64,000 nucleotides of DNA, from NCBI GenBank assembly GCA_964016885.1, contig OZ024740.1, positions 355,198,001 to 355,262,000 of the forward strand, in the 5' to 3' direction. This document shows positions 40,833-54,340 of this stretch, piece after piece. Every line of letters begins with the position of its first letter. The first letter of the stretch is position 1. The position numbers and the translations under genes are program-made. This DNA comes from Eledone cirrhosa (Eukaryota). The notes below the pieces were generated by a model. It searched no databases and was not told where the DNA came from. It saw only the letters and a program-made list of their open reading frames with translations.

Positions 40833-40833
<1 letters not shown>
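40633..40833 (+). mobile_element. Fold-back pseudo-LTR family C
   Basis: Palindrome 40633-40754 centred on gacgcgtc, followed by the same tail as 27356-27432; (TA)n on both sides. Confidence 0.8.
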
Positions 40834-41164
<331 letters not shown>

Positions 41165-41623
41165 ATAAGTAACTGTATAGTCCACCATTTATATTCCAAA
41201 TGATATTTTCTAAAATTATAGTCATACATTACGAAGTTTTAAATACGTCAAACAAGAGTAGTTGATAAAATATAACCAAATAAACAGATGTTCAAAACGT
41301 TATCTGTGAACCTTGCAATAAAACTGCATTGACTGTCCGGTTGCTTATGACTCACCCAGTATTTAACGGGAGAGATTAGGAATAAGTTCAGCACAAGCCT
41401 TAAAAGAATTTTTTGTACAACTTATATAATAACATTTTTGTGGCGATGAACACAAAGCATTTAGGGCAGGCAAAGAATGTTGGTAAAGGTTTCTACTCCG
41501 AACTATGCACAAGGTAACCATTTTACTCTTTGTCACGCAATTACGCAATTTGCGATGACAGAGTCTGTTACACACATACACACACTCTCTTTCTCCCTCT
41601 CTCCCTCTCTTCATCTCTCTCTC

Positions 41624-41697
<74 letters not shown>

Positions 41698-41723
41698 ACA
41701 CACACACACACGCACACACACAC

Positions 41724-41811
<88 letters not shown>

Positions 41812-41815
<4 letters not shown>

Positions 41816-42508
41816 TAAAAAAACGAAAAATCAGTGATGCATCTGGACTCAATTTATTGCGTGTTACAATTGTTTCGCCGGCAGGTAGCTCGAGACATGG
41901 TCCCTGTATGGATCTGGCTGATTCTACGGCTGCAGGTTCCTTCAGACACGGGTAGTTCGCTCGGAGCAAATTTTATCACCGGGGTGTTATGATAAAAAAA
42001 AACACCTTCAAAAAACCTCTTCCGCTCTTGTCATGCCATTGGCTGTTGTTACTCCACGTCATCTTGGAGTGTGAACAGACGTGTGAGATACCGAACCCAG
42101 CATGACTCCATTGAAGTGTGTCGGACGGAAAATGGCTGATGACCCGTGTAGCATTAAATAGTGACCAGAACTTAAGATGACGTGGGGTAACAACAGCCAA
42201 TGGCATGACAAGAGTGGAAAAGGTTTTTTGAAGGTGTTTCTTTGATGATAACACACCAGTGATAAAATTTGCTCCGAACGAACTACCCGTGTCTGAAGGA
42301 ACCTGCAGCCGTAGAATCAGCCAGATCCATACAGGGACCATGTCTCGAGCTACCTGCCGGCGAAACAATTGTAACACGCAATAAATTGAGTCCAGATGCA
42401 TCACTGATTTTTCGTTTTTTTATACTATCTACACTCTACTCTGCTGAATATTGAGTGCTAATTTTGGCATACCGCCTATGGAAGCACCATAGCTACCATT
42501 ATACACAA

Positions 42509-42510
<2 letters not shown>
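41812..42510 (+). mobile_element. Large inverted-repeat pseudo-LTR family E (arms about 253 bp, spacer 108 bp)
   Basis: Arms 41812-42065 and 42174-42426; hammerhead-like motif in each arm; diverged homolog at 26429-26675 (-). Confidence 0.8.
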
Positions 42511-42577
<67 letters not shown>

Positions 42578-42671
42578 GTATGTGTGTGTGTGTACAGGTT
42601 CCCGCGTGATGGCATCTTTAATATATATAAAAATGACTTCTAAAGGACTAGAACTGTTTCATTCGTGTGAA

Positions 42672-42713
<42 letters not shown>

Positions 42714-42876
42714 AGTTCGGATCTAGCAGTCGAAACGACCGGAGCTGAGCCGTCGGGGTCCTGACTCTTTTCCTATATATATGTATATGATTTCACACGA
42801 ATGAAACAGTTCTAGTCCTGTAGAAGTCATTTATATAGAAGTAGTAGTAGCAGGAGTAGCAGTAGTAGTGGTATTG

Positions 42877-42909
<33 letters not shown>

Positions 42910-43547
42910 CAATACGTTATTGTTATTATGATAACAGTCAATCATTCAATTATGTTTTCTGCAATGTTAGTGTTTTCTTTTGTTGTTGTCATTATTGTTG
43001 CTTCTTGTATTGTTGTTTTTTTAATTATTGATCTTATTTTGCCTTTGAATAAGGTAACAGGTTGAAAATAACGTGCTTCTCATCATTTCACTACAAAACA
43101 ATATTGATTGAACCTTATTGGAAATTAAATGTAGATAAAATAGTCTTTTGTTGATATATTTAATCGTATTCAGGTAAAACACTTTTAAAGAAAACACCTT
43201 TGTGATGGTTGAAATAATGGGTTATAACAAACGTCGAAAGGATCAACTCTAATTTTTCTTTATTCTTATTGTTGATTTAAAAAGAAAATTAATTACAGGA
43301 CATCTACATCAATAAATAACACTTTCGCCACACACTGAATAACTCTACAACGGAAATGAGTGATATATTTTTTTTCTTTCTCTTTTAATGGTTTCTTTTA
43401 TTGTCTGTATATTGCATACGCCCGCCAATATCACACACACACGCACACACACAAACACACACTAACACGAACACACAGAGAAACACACGCACACACACAC
43501 ACATATATATATGAATATAACAGTCTCTCTCTCTCTTTCTCTCTCTG

Positions 43548-43622
<75 letters not shown>

Positions 43623-44575
43623 AAATGATAAAGGGTATAAAACCACCAGGGTGACGAACATATAGAACAGATAGAACGGTTTATACAAATTAATTAAAAG
43701 AATAAATCAGTATACAAACCAGCCATAATAGACATCTAGACACTTTCAAAATGTTTTATTCTTTTAATCAATTAGTATAAACCTTCTATCTGTAGTTAAT
43801 ATGTTCGTCACCCTGATGGTTTCATATCCCTTATAATTTGAACACACACATATATATATGTGTGCAATGGCGGACTGGGTCTAAAAATATTGGTTGCCAG
43901 GAGATGAAAGGAGCCCACCTACATATAGAATGCTATAATTTAATTTTTATAATAAATAAATAACATTTTCGAAAAATATATAAGTGGAAACAAAACAGTG
44001 CAATAAAATCTTTTCGGAAAAATATTTTACGTTCTCCAATAAAAAAATATTACGTATTTTGCGAAATCTAGAGACTTTCAATAATGACCAGAAGTCGACC
44101 CTAAATATTACTAATAGCTCTAGGAAAGCCATGAACGACACCACATCTTTTTAACTTTGATTTTGAAAGTAGGTTTATAATTATGAATTTTCATTATACG
44201 TTTGTAGCTGTCTTGGTGGCCTAGTTGGAGGAATCATAGACGGTGGTGATCGTGGTCTGAAGTTCGATCCTGGTAGGTAGTAGTGTTCCCGGTCAACCTT
44301 TTCAGTTTTTTCTATTGGTTGTAAAATAAAAAACTGAAAAATGTTACATCTTGACCAGGATTGAACCCAAGGCCAGGATCTCCACCATCTCTAGTACCTA
44401 CCGCTAGGCCACAGCGACAGCTATGAAAATCTTACGAAAATTCATACTTATAAACAAAGTGTTGTGGTGTCGTTCATGTATTTCTTAATGTTATTGCTCC
44501 TACTTAAGGTCGACTTCTAAATCATTTGGGTATTCCATAAACTACATCCTCGTTTTGTTTCACATCTATCTAGAC

Positions 44576-46926
44576 CACAGGTTCTCAAACCATTTATCCC
44601 TCGAAATCACGAAACACCCCCTACCCTATTTTTCCATTTTTCAATATACTACTGATTTTGATATCAGTGGATTACTAAAAAATTGATTAACAATATTCCA
44701 AAGATACCATTGCAGGCAGCTGAGAGTATAAATACATTCCTTGAAAAGAAATATATAAATTTCAAAAAAAGGAACATAAATGTTATTTTTTATGAATAAG
44801 GACCAGTTGAATTACCAGCTATTTTGAACATTTATACAAGAGCAACTCTGTCTATCCCAAGCGTGCTCTGATCTGGAAGAAAGTGGCAATTATATCATTT
44901 CAAAGCTTTCCAATTTTCCCTTTAATGAAATGGATAGAATAAATGTTGATATCTAACTTGATGTCCACTCTGCTTTCTGAGCTTAGAGACCACGGAAGAG
45001 GGCTTTCATGACCACGTAAGAGGGTATTATTATTAGTAAATGGTAAAATATATACAACAAATGAGTAAGTGAATTGTAGTAGATGGTTTCCAGTCCAGTC
45101 AGACTGCAACTACAAATAAAAAAATTCTTAGTTTGCTTTATAACAATAGCATATCCAAGTTTTCGGATAAATCAACTTACTTTAACTTTGACCTTATTTC
45201 AATGGGACCCTTGAGCTTCATGGAGTCTAGCTAACTCTTTGACGTGAGGCTGATTTTTCGTAAGATGTAGCCAGAGATCTCCACGTGTAATTACATTGTA
45301 GCGGTTGCGAGCCTTACTGTGCAGTCTGGAAACAGCACCAAACCTCCTCTCGATGAAGTATGAGCTTGGAAAAGGCAGAACAAATCTCTTAGCCTCTGCA
45401 TGTAGGTGTGGAAATTGACGTTGAATTTCCTCTTGCATCCCAAAATGGGGTTCACCTATTTTGGGAAATCTAATTTTGATCATGTCATCTGCTTGAAGTT
45501 CAATGAATTCTTCCTGAAATTTAACGTCCAAATCATCGACGTTAGCTATGAAGGGGATCTGCTATCCAAATTGGGATGTCCATCGGCAAGAGGTCGACAA
45601 ACCGTTCTTTCATGTTGTCTTGTAGTGCACGGAGGTGAGCGGTATACATTTGGAGTTGGTCATCGCTTACAATGTTTTGAACATTGGCGACACTAGGAAA
45701 ATTATAGAATTCCCGTCAACAAAGATTCCTTTCGATGACATTCAATTTGGCCAGGAATGTTTTCACAGCATTCTTTGCTTTAAGCAAGGTGATCTTCTTC
45801 CCCTGCAAAGCCAAAATGACGCTATTGCATTTGTCGAAGATGTCGGCGAGGTAGGCGCAGAGTTGCCTCACATCGAGGGTTTTCTTGTACAGTTCTGTGT
45901 TGCGTCCTCGCAGAAACTCAGTGATAGAGTCGAAGAGTTCAAAGAAGTGAGTAAAGCACTTGTCTTTTGAAAGCCACATTACTTCATTATGAAGTAGCAA
46001 CTTGACGAATTCATCGTCATTATCTTGGCACAGTTGCCGGAAAATTCGTTCATTGAGGGAATGCCGTTTGATAAAATTGATGACATCAATGGCCACCTGC
46101 AAGGACTTGCTCAGCGGTTCGCTGAGTTTCTTCGCAGCCAAGTGTTGTCGATGAATGACACAATGAACAGCAAATACAGATAGATTTTCTTTCTTCAGAA
46201 GAGTGACGAAACCCTTATGTTGGCCGACAATTGCTCTTGCGTCGTCCGTAGCACATGATACAATGTGTGTTGTATGTGGTCCTAGATGTATGTATAACCT
46301 TCCTGTGTGTTGTATGTAGTCCTAGATGTATGTATTACCTGCTTATGTATTACATGTGGTCCCAGCTGTATGTATTACCTGCTTGTGTGTTGTATGTGGT
46401 CCTAGATGTGTGTGCTACCTCCTTATGTGTTGCATGTGGTCCTAGATGTGTGTCTTATCTGATCATGTGTTGTATGGGGTCCTAGATGTGTGTGCTACCC
46501 GCTTCTGTGTTTTTTCTTTTCTTTTTGTTTTATTTGTAATATTATTTACACAGTTGGGAATAAAATAGATCTACATAGTGTTAACTCGTTACGGTTGAGT
46601 CAATAATTTCAGACATGAAATACATTGTTATCGGTGAAGGAAAGATAAGATTCTAACTGGCTGTGCTCAAAGTGTCTTTGACCCAGTTGACTGTTAATGT
46701 CTAGACACGGTTAATGTCTAGATACGCCTGCACACTGCGGTCAGACCATAGTCATGCTGTCTGCATGCTCATTCAAATGCATTCACACTGGCTGTCTCAA
46801 AGATATACAAATATGGCTCATAAAACTTACCAAAGTAAAGAGCCTTACAACGCCCCCTAGCACTCCAAGGCTCCAAACGCCCCCCCCCCCCCGGAGTTCC
46901 GAAACGCCCCCCGTTGAGAACCTTTG
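44576..46926 (-). mobile_element. hAT Buster/Charlie transposon with decayed transposase (45199-46255)
   Basis: TIRs cacaggttctcaa / ttgagaacctttg; TSD atctagac (NTCTAGAN preference); CATDDA, HCVIHRQHLAAK, HNEVMWLS, PFPSSYFIERRF...R..L motifs. Confidence 0.88.
46266..46505 (+). repeat. Minisatellite, 40-bp unit x6
   Basis: tgtgttgtatgtggtcctagatgt(a/g)tgt...acct repeated; sits where the transposase N-terminus should be. Confidence 0.85.
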
Positions 46927-48529
46927 ATCTAGACTATATTTTAACCTGTAATCCATGTTTCATTTCTGTCGCACCTCATCCCCCCCTCTTTGTCTATTTA
47001 TGTATGTTTGCATGCATGAATTAATACACTAAGCTTTAGATTTAGTAGAATGTACAACCACTGATTCCAGCTATTTGCACTAATGTATATTTTGGATTCT
47101 AGTAATTCCCTGGGGAATTGGTTGACCAAATGATTTGCTGTGGGCCCTTGCAATGTTACCGTGGGCCCCCTGGGGCCAATTTGCCATTGGGCAACCTGGC
47201 AACCTGGCCAGTCTGCCACTGTATGTGTGTGTGTATTTCTCTCTTTACTGTGTTATAAAGAGCTCGTAATTTCTTCCTTAAGCTTATTCGATTATAAGGT
47301 AATATTCTGAGCTTTTAACTCGACATTTTAATTTGATATATTGGGCTCATAGTTCTTTAGTAGAGCCGTCTTGTGTTGAATGGTTCTGGGCTGCTATTTA
47401 TAGCAGTCGAACGATCTATTTGTGCCGCCCTTGGGACGATCTACGCGTGATTCTTTCCCCTTTAATACACGTGCGTTTTTTAGTCTTCTAATTTAGTTGT
47501 CATGAGCATATTTTACAGGGACATCCACCGACGAGCAATACTTGTAATATAACTCTTCACTTTATTGCGAAACAGTTTTATTTTGAACGTGTCTGGATGT
47601 TAATAGTTATTATGGTCAGTTTGTATAGTTTGATTTATTCTTTTAATTAATTTACATCATTGAAAGAATCCTATTGTTTTCACAAAGAACGAAAGATAAA
47701 GCTTTCGAATCTGTTCAGATATTTCATAGTACAATTTAGAGCTGCCAGGCAGTGATAAACTAGCGAACCAATTCTCTACTATCATTATAGAATACCTTTC
47801 AGCTGACGTCTTTATAAAACAAGCCATAAGTCATCTAGTTTCAGTCCTAACCCTCTGGGGGTTAGGATAAAACCAGACAGCAAACACTATCAGCGGATCT
47901 TCAGTTCAGAAATAAGTGCTGTGTGGTATGTGTGTGGTTTTTCCAGATAGTGACCTGTAATCTTCTTACCGTGGTTGATCTTTACTTTTTCTGCTACTTC
48001 ATTTGAAGAAACACGGGGGTGGGGTCGAGAAGGTGTCTGTGTCTGCTTGCAACTACATAGGCAACTAAAACCCTTCTCGAAAGCATGATACATACTACCA
48101 AGTCACACTTGATTGCGAGTGATGGCTGAAGTTATTGTTTAATCCTGATCGAGCAGACATTCTATTAGTGATCACATCGCTTCATTTTCAGACTCAATTT
48201 AACTATTACTAAATTTTCTCATATATCATTCTTCTTCTTTTGGTGGAGGTAAGATTTGAATGTTATTTCTAGCAAGCCCTGTAACCACCTAGAATCTTTC
48301 TCAAGAGTAAGAAATACACAAGTGAATAAGATTTTATAATCCGCTGGTTCTGCATTCAAGTAGGAAACAACTATCCTTACATTTTAATATCTTTCATATT
48401 ATTTTCTCTCGTAAAAGTACACGACCTTGAGTCTAATCAAAAGATAGCTATTATTATAAAAGAAATCATTATTGTTTTAGTAACAACTGATCATTATATT
48501 TGAACCTGTATTGAACTCTTCCTGGGAAT

Positions 48530-48880
48530 AGAATGGACCTCCGTCGGCTTCGGCGATGAGTGTTCCAGTTATTAAATCAACGAAATAACCAGCTCTTGAA
48601 ATTAACGAGCAAGTTGTCGACCATTTCGATGACTCGAGTATCCTTGATCTAATTCTCAGAAAGATTCAGCGTGATTGTGTAACATGGCTGGATCTTTGAA
48701 TTACTGTCACAGTCCATCTGGTGGGTTTCCAAACAGTTTTCACCAACCCAAATTTACTCACAAGGCATGGCTAGACTTGAAGCTATAGTAAATAACACTT
48801 TCCCAAGATACCAGGCAGTGGAATCGAACTCAGACTTAATGATTGCGAATCAAACTCCTTAAATCATTTGGCTATACTGG
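48530..48880. mobile_element. Two adjacent decayed SINEs (tail fragment on +, CORE-type on -)
   Basis: 48720-48880 reverse complement has a tRNA head, cttgggaaagtg CORE and a ccttgtgagtaaatttgg tail; recognised from memory. Confidence 0.5.
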
Positions 48881-50877
48881 ACCCACAATTTCTCTTCCAT
48901 TACACTTTTAAAGAACCATTGTTCATCACGAATATGGGACAATAACCTATGTGGATTTGATGTTTTATCTGCTAATTAACGACAAATAATTTATCCGAGG
49001 ATTTAGTGTAATGTAAGGAGAAACTATTCTAGCGATCCGAACAATACTTCAGTAATTAATAATAATTCGATTAGCACCAAACCAAAATTAGTGGATTTGA
49101 TAAACCATAGGGGGAAAAAAAAGAACGCCATTTTGTTTTACTCCCTGTCACCTAATACTCAGCTATTTGGATCATATTATAAATATGATACGATGTTAAT
49201 AATAGGTGGAAATGGAAACATGGTTTTGTCTTCATTTTTGACAGGAAAAAAAAAACAATCTTTCAAAGATGTATACCAGTGCAATAACTCAATTAACGCC
49301 GTCAACTCATTCCTTTTGTTATCTTTCCGCCATATTATTACTATTTCCTTCCTCCACTTTATGTCTTTCTCCTAACCAACATTTACCTCTCACTCCTCCT
49401 CCTCCTCCTCCTCATCATCATCACCATCATCATCACCATCATCATCATCATCATCGTCATCATCGTCGTCGTCGTCGTCATCATCGTCACCGTCATCATC
49501 AGCATCACCAGCAGCAGTAGCTGTAAAGGTTGGAAGAATCGTCAAAAACCAAGTCAGTACTTAATCAGAACTACTGACCCCTCAGACTGGCAAAGGCTGC
49601 ATTTTCCTTTCATACAGAGTCCACTATATGGGTGGACTCTGTATGAAAGGGTCCATTATATGGTGGTACCAGCAATAGAGAGGTTGTTATGTCTTAGACA
49701 CACCGGAAAAATCCCCCACCCCCACCCCAAGACCCTTTATTTGGCAAGTTTTCTACGGTTGGATGCTCTTCCTATCACCAACTACTTTACAGTCATTTGT
49801 CAGAAACGGTAGAGCACCAGACAAAATAATTTGTTTTATTTGTTCCAGCTATTTATGTTCTGAGTTCAAATCCCGTCGAAGTCAACTTTGCCTTTCATCC
49901 TTCCGTGGTCCTTAAAATAAAGTACCGGTTAAGTACAGGGGTCGATTTATTCGACTTCTCCGTTACCTTCAAATTGCTGGCCTTGTACCAAAAGTAGAAA
50001 CGATTATTATTGTAGCAGCCAAGCTAAAGCAGTCGTTTAGCAGAATCGGTAGAACGCCGGACACAATGTTTTGTGGAATTTGTTCCGGATTTTTACTTTC
50101 TGAGTTCAAATTCCACCGAAATAAATTTTGCCTTTCATTATTTCATGGATCGATAAAGTAAAATGCCACCAAGTACTGGAGTTGTAGTTCCTTCGTTAGT
50201 TTGTGTATACCTTGAGTATATTATCGAGGGGTACCAGGTAAATGTTATTGAATACCATACATTATTTTTCTATCCATCAATTCCAACCACGTTTACTTTA
50301 TTGCTTGTTTGAGTCAAGTTACCTTTATTTTTCAAAATAATTAGGACAAAGATTTATCACCTATTTCCAGTTTTGATAAATTTAAATTTAGAAACAGACT
50401 AAACATATATTGTCTATTTTCAATTTAAATTAGATTTAATTTCCAATTTTAATTGAACAAATTTAGAGACAAAAGAATTGTCGTGTAAATATATTGCCCA
50501 TTTTCAATTTTAAATAATTAGAACGCTGATGTGTCAACCCATTTTAATTTTGATAATTTATTTTTCTTAATTATTTTCTATTTTAAGTTGTATTTGATTT
50601 ATTTAAACATTGCTGAACAATCAATACGGTTACAATCTTGTTAATTATGATAATTATTGTGCTCACCATATTAAGTTTACCTTCAACGTAATACATTACA
50701 TAAGGCGGTGAATTTGTAGTGTCATTAGGAAGACGGATAAAATACTTTGCGATATTCGTTTGAGTTCAAATCCCGCCAGAGGTCAACTTTGCCTTCATCC
50801 TTTCGCGGTCAATAAAACAAAGTACCAGTTTAGTACTGAGGTTGATTCTTCTATATTTCTTCTTCGCGTCCTTTCTA

Positions 50878-50958
<81 letters not shown>

Positions 50959-51439
50959 CTCTCTCTCTCTCTCTTTTTTCTCTCTCTCGCTTTCTGTCCT
51001 TCTCTGTAAAAAATAGGTAGCGTTCACACCTGTGATGGGCTGTGCCAGTTTAAAAAAGTACTTACGACACGCTATAAGTCACTGCGGCGCACCTACAACT
51101 CCACCAGGCGTTACAGATCCGTACCGCAGGAATAAAATGTATTACCGCTCTTGATGAAAAAAAAAATGAGATATAATGAAACTGCTCTTGAAGTTGACTG
51201 TCTCAAAGGTAATTGGCAACATACCTCATAGCCACTGTATTTTGATGTTGACCTACTTGAGTTTCATCAGGTTCGATGCAGTTAAGGACATGTTATTCTT
51301 TGAATATAATACACCAATCTTTAGACATTTCGCTTTTTCTATACGGTAGTATTAGTTTAACAATAAATATGCAACAATAATGATATATTATACCTGGCAG
51401 TCTGGAGTTAATTCTGTATAAGCAACTTATAATTCCATT

Positions 51440-51830
51440 TATCTATTGCTGGCGACATGTTCTCCACCTCAAACTTAGTCGCTTCGGCCACAAATCCCGG
51501 TACTGCGGCCCGCAATGCAGAGGAAAGGAAGACAAACAAATACCAGGGATTGTCCAGCCGCTTCCTCTTGTACTGGTCGCTGTCGAGAGCTCAGGCGTAC
51601 TTGGACCTCGTACTGCCGAGCTCTTCCACAAGATCGGAACATCAGCAGCCCACCCGAGGAAGGAGCCCCATGAGGTGGGGTGGCTGTTGCAGCGGGTATC
51701 GCTGACCATTGTCCGTGGAAATGCTTTTGCGGTCTTGTCCGCGGGGCACAGCCCCAGCACCGCCGCGTCCTAGGCCCAGAGTCCATCATCCTTCCTCTCC
51801 CTCCTCCCATTCTTCAGTGGCACTCGAGCC
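51440..51830 (+). mobile_element. CRE-clade retrotransposon 3-prime fragment
   Basis: GTAARNAEERKTNKY...VAVESSGVLG...KIG...EPHEVGWLLQRVSLTIVRGNA; homologous to 3745-3990 and 31100-31310. Confidence 0.75.
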
Positions 51831-52657
51831 CTTGTTTTTCCCTCCCATTTCTGTTTTTTTAAATATTTGTAGTGTTTTCCTAATTATTTTATAGACATTC
51901 ATACATGTAGTTACTCAGTAAAAGAAAAACAACAATTTCAAATAGGATTGTTATTTTTTTATTCAAATATTTTTGGAAAATGTAAGATAAAAAACGAAAA
52001 TAAAGAAAAACATAAAAGGATGTATATTATTTGAAGCATCTTTAACGGATTGTTGGGTTAAAATTCAACTAAAACATAAAGTAAACTTTCAGCATCCGAA
52101 TTATTTTGATTTAAATTCATTCTATGGTAATTGATGTTACATCCTTAGACCATGTTGTAAGCTTAATAAGAAGAACTAAGTGATAAAATAGTATTTTTAT
52201 TTTTGTTTTTCATTCGTCCAAATACTTTGATTTAATAACATACTTTATTCATGGAAGAGTATATTTAAATTAAATGAGATTTGCAAATACATGTTACTAC
52301 GTTATAGTACTTGGCAAATACAATAAGCCTCAATTGCAATGCCTTTTTAATTCAATTTTAAGTAGAATGAGTATACAAAAGTTCAAATGAAAATTAATTT
52401 TCCAGTTTTGTTATGTTTATGTTTTAACCAGAACATATTGAAGAGAACAAGAGGTAATCATAATTTTTAAAGTTATATCCGTATAGCAGTGAGTTGAGAC
52501 TCTCCATAATATATATTTTTCAGCTACGTGAGTTATATCAATGAGAGTTAAGTAACTGTGTCAAGCACGCAATGCAACACCCTTCAACGGATATGAATTA
52601 GAGGAAACTTTGTACAGTATTCTGATTCTGCATTTACCCAGCTTGTTGTTTTTCTAG

Positions 52658-52935
52658 TTATAACATGCAGAACCTAGATTTGAATTTAGATTTTCGCTTA
52701 CTTCTGTCTCGGAAATATTTTATAATGGGATTTTCTAGGCCTAAATCTTTCAGTTCCTCATCCGACAGCGTAGAAAACTTTCTGCCATTGAGTTGCATAA
52801 TTTGAATACGGTTTATGACAGGTGGATCTATGTTTAGGCAGATTAATATCGTTATAATGTCTCTTGCCGAAAAAGCTAGAAGATCTCCATCTTTTGGAAT
52901 CTCAATATCAGGTTCCGGATATTTGCATGCTGCAG
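52658..52935 (-). CDS. Terminal exon of a protein with a C-terminal SAM-like domain and polybasic tail
   Basis: Acceptor ttattattttcag; phase-1 open frame AACKYPEPDIEIPKDGDLLAFSARDIITILICLNIDPPVINRIQIMQLNGRKFSTLSDEELKDLGLENPIIKYFRDRSKRKSKFKSRFCML*. The S..DI...L..L....I..I....LNG.....LSDEELKDLGL pattern matches the SAM helical consensus. Not in the ORF track. Confidence 0.75.
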
Positions 52936-53547
52936 CTGAAAATAATAAACAAGAATTAGCCTAGGTTACAATTGTATTGTGATAGAAGTTGTTCTTCTGA
53001 TTAAAAGAGTGTGTTGGAGTGGAAGCTACATTTTACATTTGTTTCGATTTATTGAATAGTATTTTCCAGATGAGATCCACAACAGCCATGAAGCTTCATA
53101 CTTCTAACTGCAACTATAATTAAAGACTGATAACATCTATAACCCATTGGAATTTGGACACAACTGTAGTCTTTCTATTTTGTTGTTGTTGAGTATCTAC
53201 AGAAAAGTAGAATAGTAACAGCATTAATCTACCAATATAAGAGGACATACAAAAGGCATAGGCATCGTCTCTTCTACCAGGACATAGCACCTTCCCCACC
53301 AAAACAAAACAAAAAACAAACTGCTTGTTTCAGTCCTCAATAAAGCTGGTCACTCAAAAGTGGTAAATTAGTCTCATGAGATATTTGTATTATTCTAAAA
53401 TGATGGGAATGAAGTGAAGCGAATTTACATGGGACTGGATCACAGGTAGTGTCTCATTTCGCGAGAGAAATTACCGTTATATTACGGAGACCAAAATGTT
53501 TGCATAGCTGGTTAAGTGATTGGATAGTGCGTTTCACCTACACAGTT

Positions 53548-53768
53548 CCTCCTATACAGGTTAGATTGATAGTGAATGTAAAGACCTTGGTCCTCACAGA
53601 ACCTCCTATACAGGTTAGATTGATAGTGAATGTAAAGACCTTGGTCCTCACAGAACCTCCTATACAGGTTAGATTGATAGTGAATGTAAAGACCTTGGTC
53701 CTCACAGAACCTCCTATACAGGTTAGATTGATAGTGAATGTAAAGACCTTGGTCCTCACAGAACCTCC
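53548..53768 (+). repeat. Perfect 54-bp tandem repeat x4 in the last intron of the SAM-like gene
   Basis: cctcctatacaggttagattgatagtgaatgtaaagaccttggtcctcacagaa x4, identical units, no spacers. Confidence 0.95.
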
Positions 53769-54245
53769 GGCACAGGTGAGATCATTAACTTCACAGCTCT
53801 TCCTAGACAGATGTGATTGATATTCAGAGTGGAGACCATGACATACACAGCTCCTCCTTGATATTATAAATTACATTAATAATACTTCTATACAATGTAG
53901 CACATGTGGAACACTGGCTCAGTCGATTTAGCTGAATATAGCTGCCATTAGATGGTACAGCAGCAACTTTACATGCTTCCGAATGGTAGTTATCTTGAAA
54001 CGCATTTAGGTTTCTATAGTTTTTTAAATTATCATTGTTCTGCGAAAAGTAGCTTTGAGAGGTCAAAAGTAGGAAAGATCAACATTCTCTAGAAACTACA
54101 TGTAAACAGAGTTTCACTTGTGATTCACTTGTGATTTGGTTATGAAATTCTTCGAAATTCCTGCTGACTCATTCAGCCAGTCGCTCAATCAATAGTTAAT
54201 AAGATGTATCTGCCTGTGAAATTGTTAAAGAAATCTTATACATAC

Positions 54246-54340
54246 AGCGTTGGCGTCGAATTTTAGACTTTATTGATGAGTTAGATGCTGAAAGATATGA
54301 TTTGTTTTTGGTGTACGTTCCATCATGTGAATCACCCAAA
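54246..54340 (-). CDS. Penultimate exon of the SAM-like gene
   Basis: Strong acceptor (T)10cttttgcag, donor CT|GTATGT; 95 nt, phase 2 to 1, open LGDSHDGTYTKNKSYLSASNSSIKSKIRRQR(S); joins the terminal exon in frame. Confidence 0.7.

Larger units (their letters stand above)
43865..47221. mobile_element. Non-autonomous hAT element hosting nested insertions
   Basis: TIRs caatggcggactgg / ccagtctgccactg and 8-bp TSD tatgtgtg on both sides. Confidence 0.75.

Noticed and set aside
49269-49520. Poly-Pro/His/Arg protein
   Set aside because: Compound (CCT)n(CAT)n(CGT)n microsatellite with no splice or homology support.
53449-53820. Repeat protein PPIQVRLIVNVKTLVLTE, or a CRISPR-like array
   Set aside because: Identical 54-bp units with no spacers and no synonymous variation, in an intron of an opposite-strand gene, in a eukaryotic context without cas genes.
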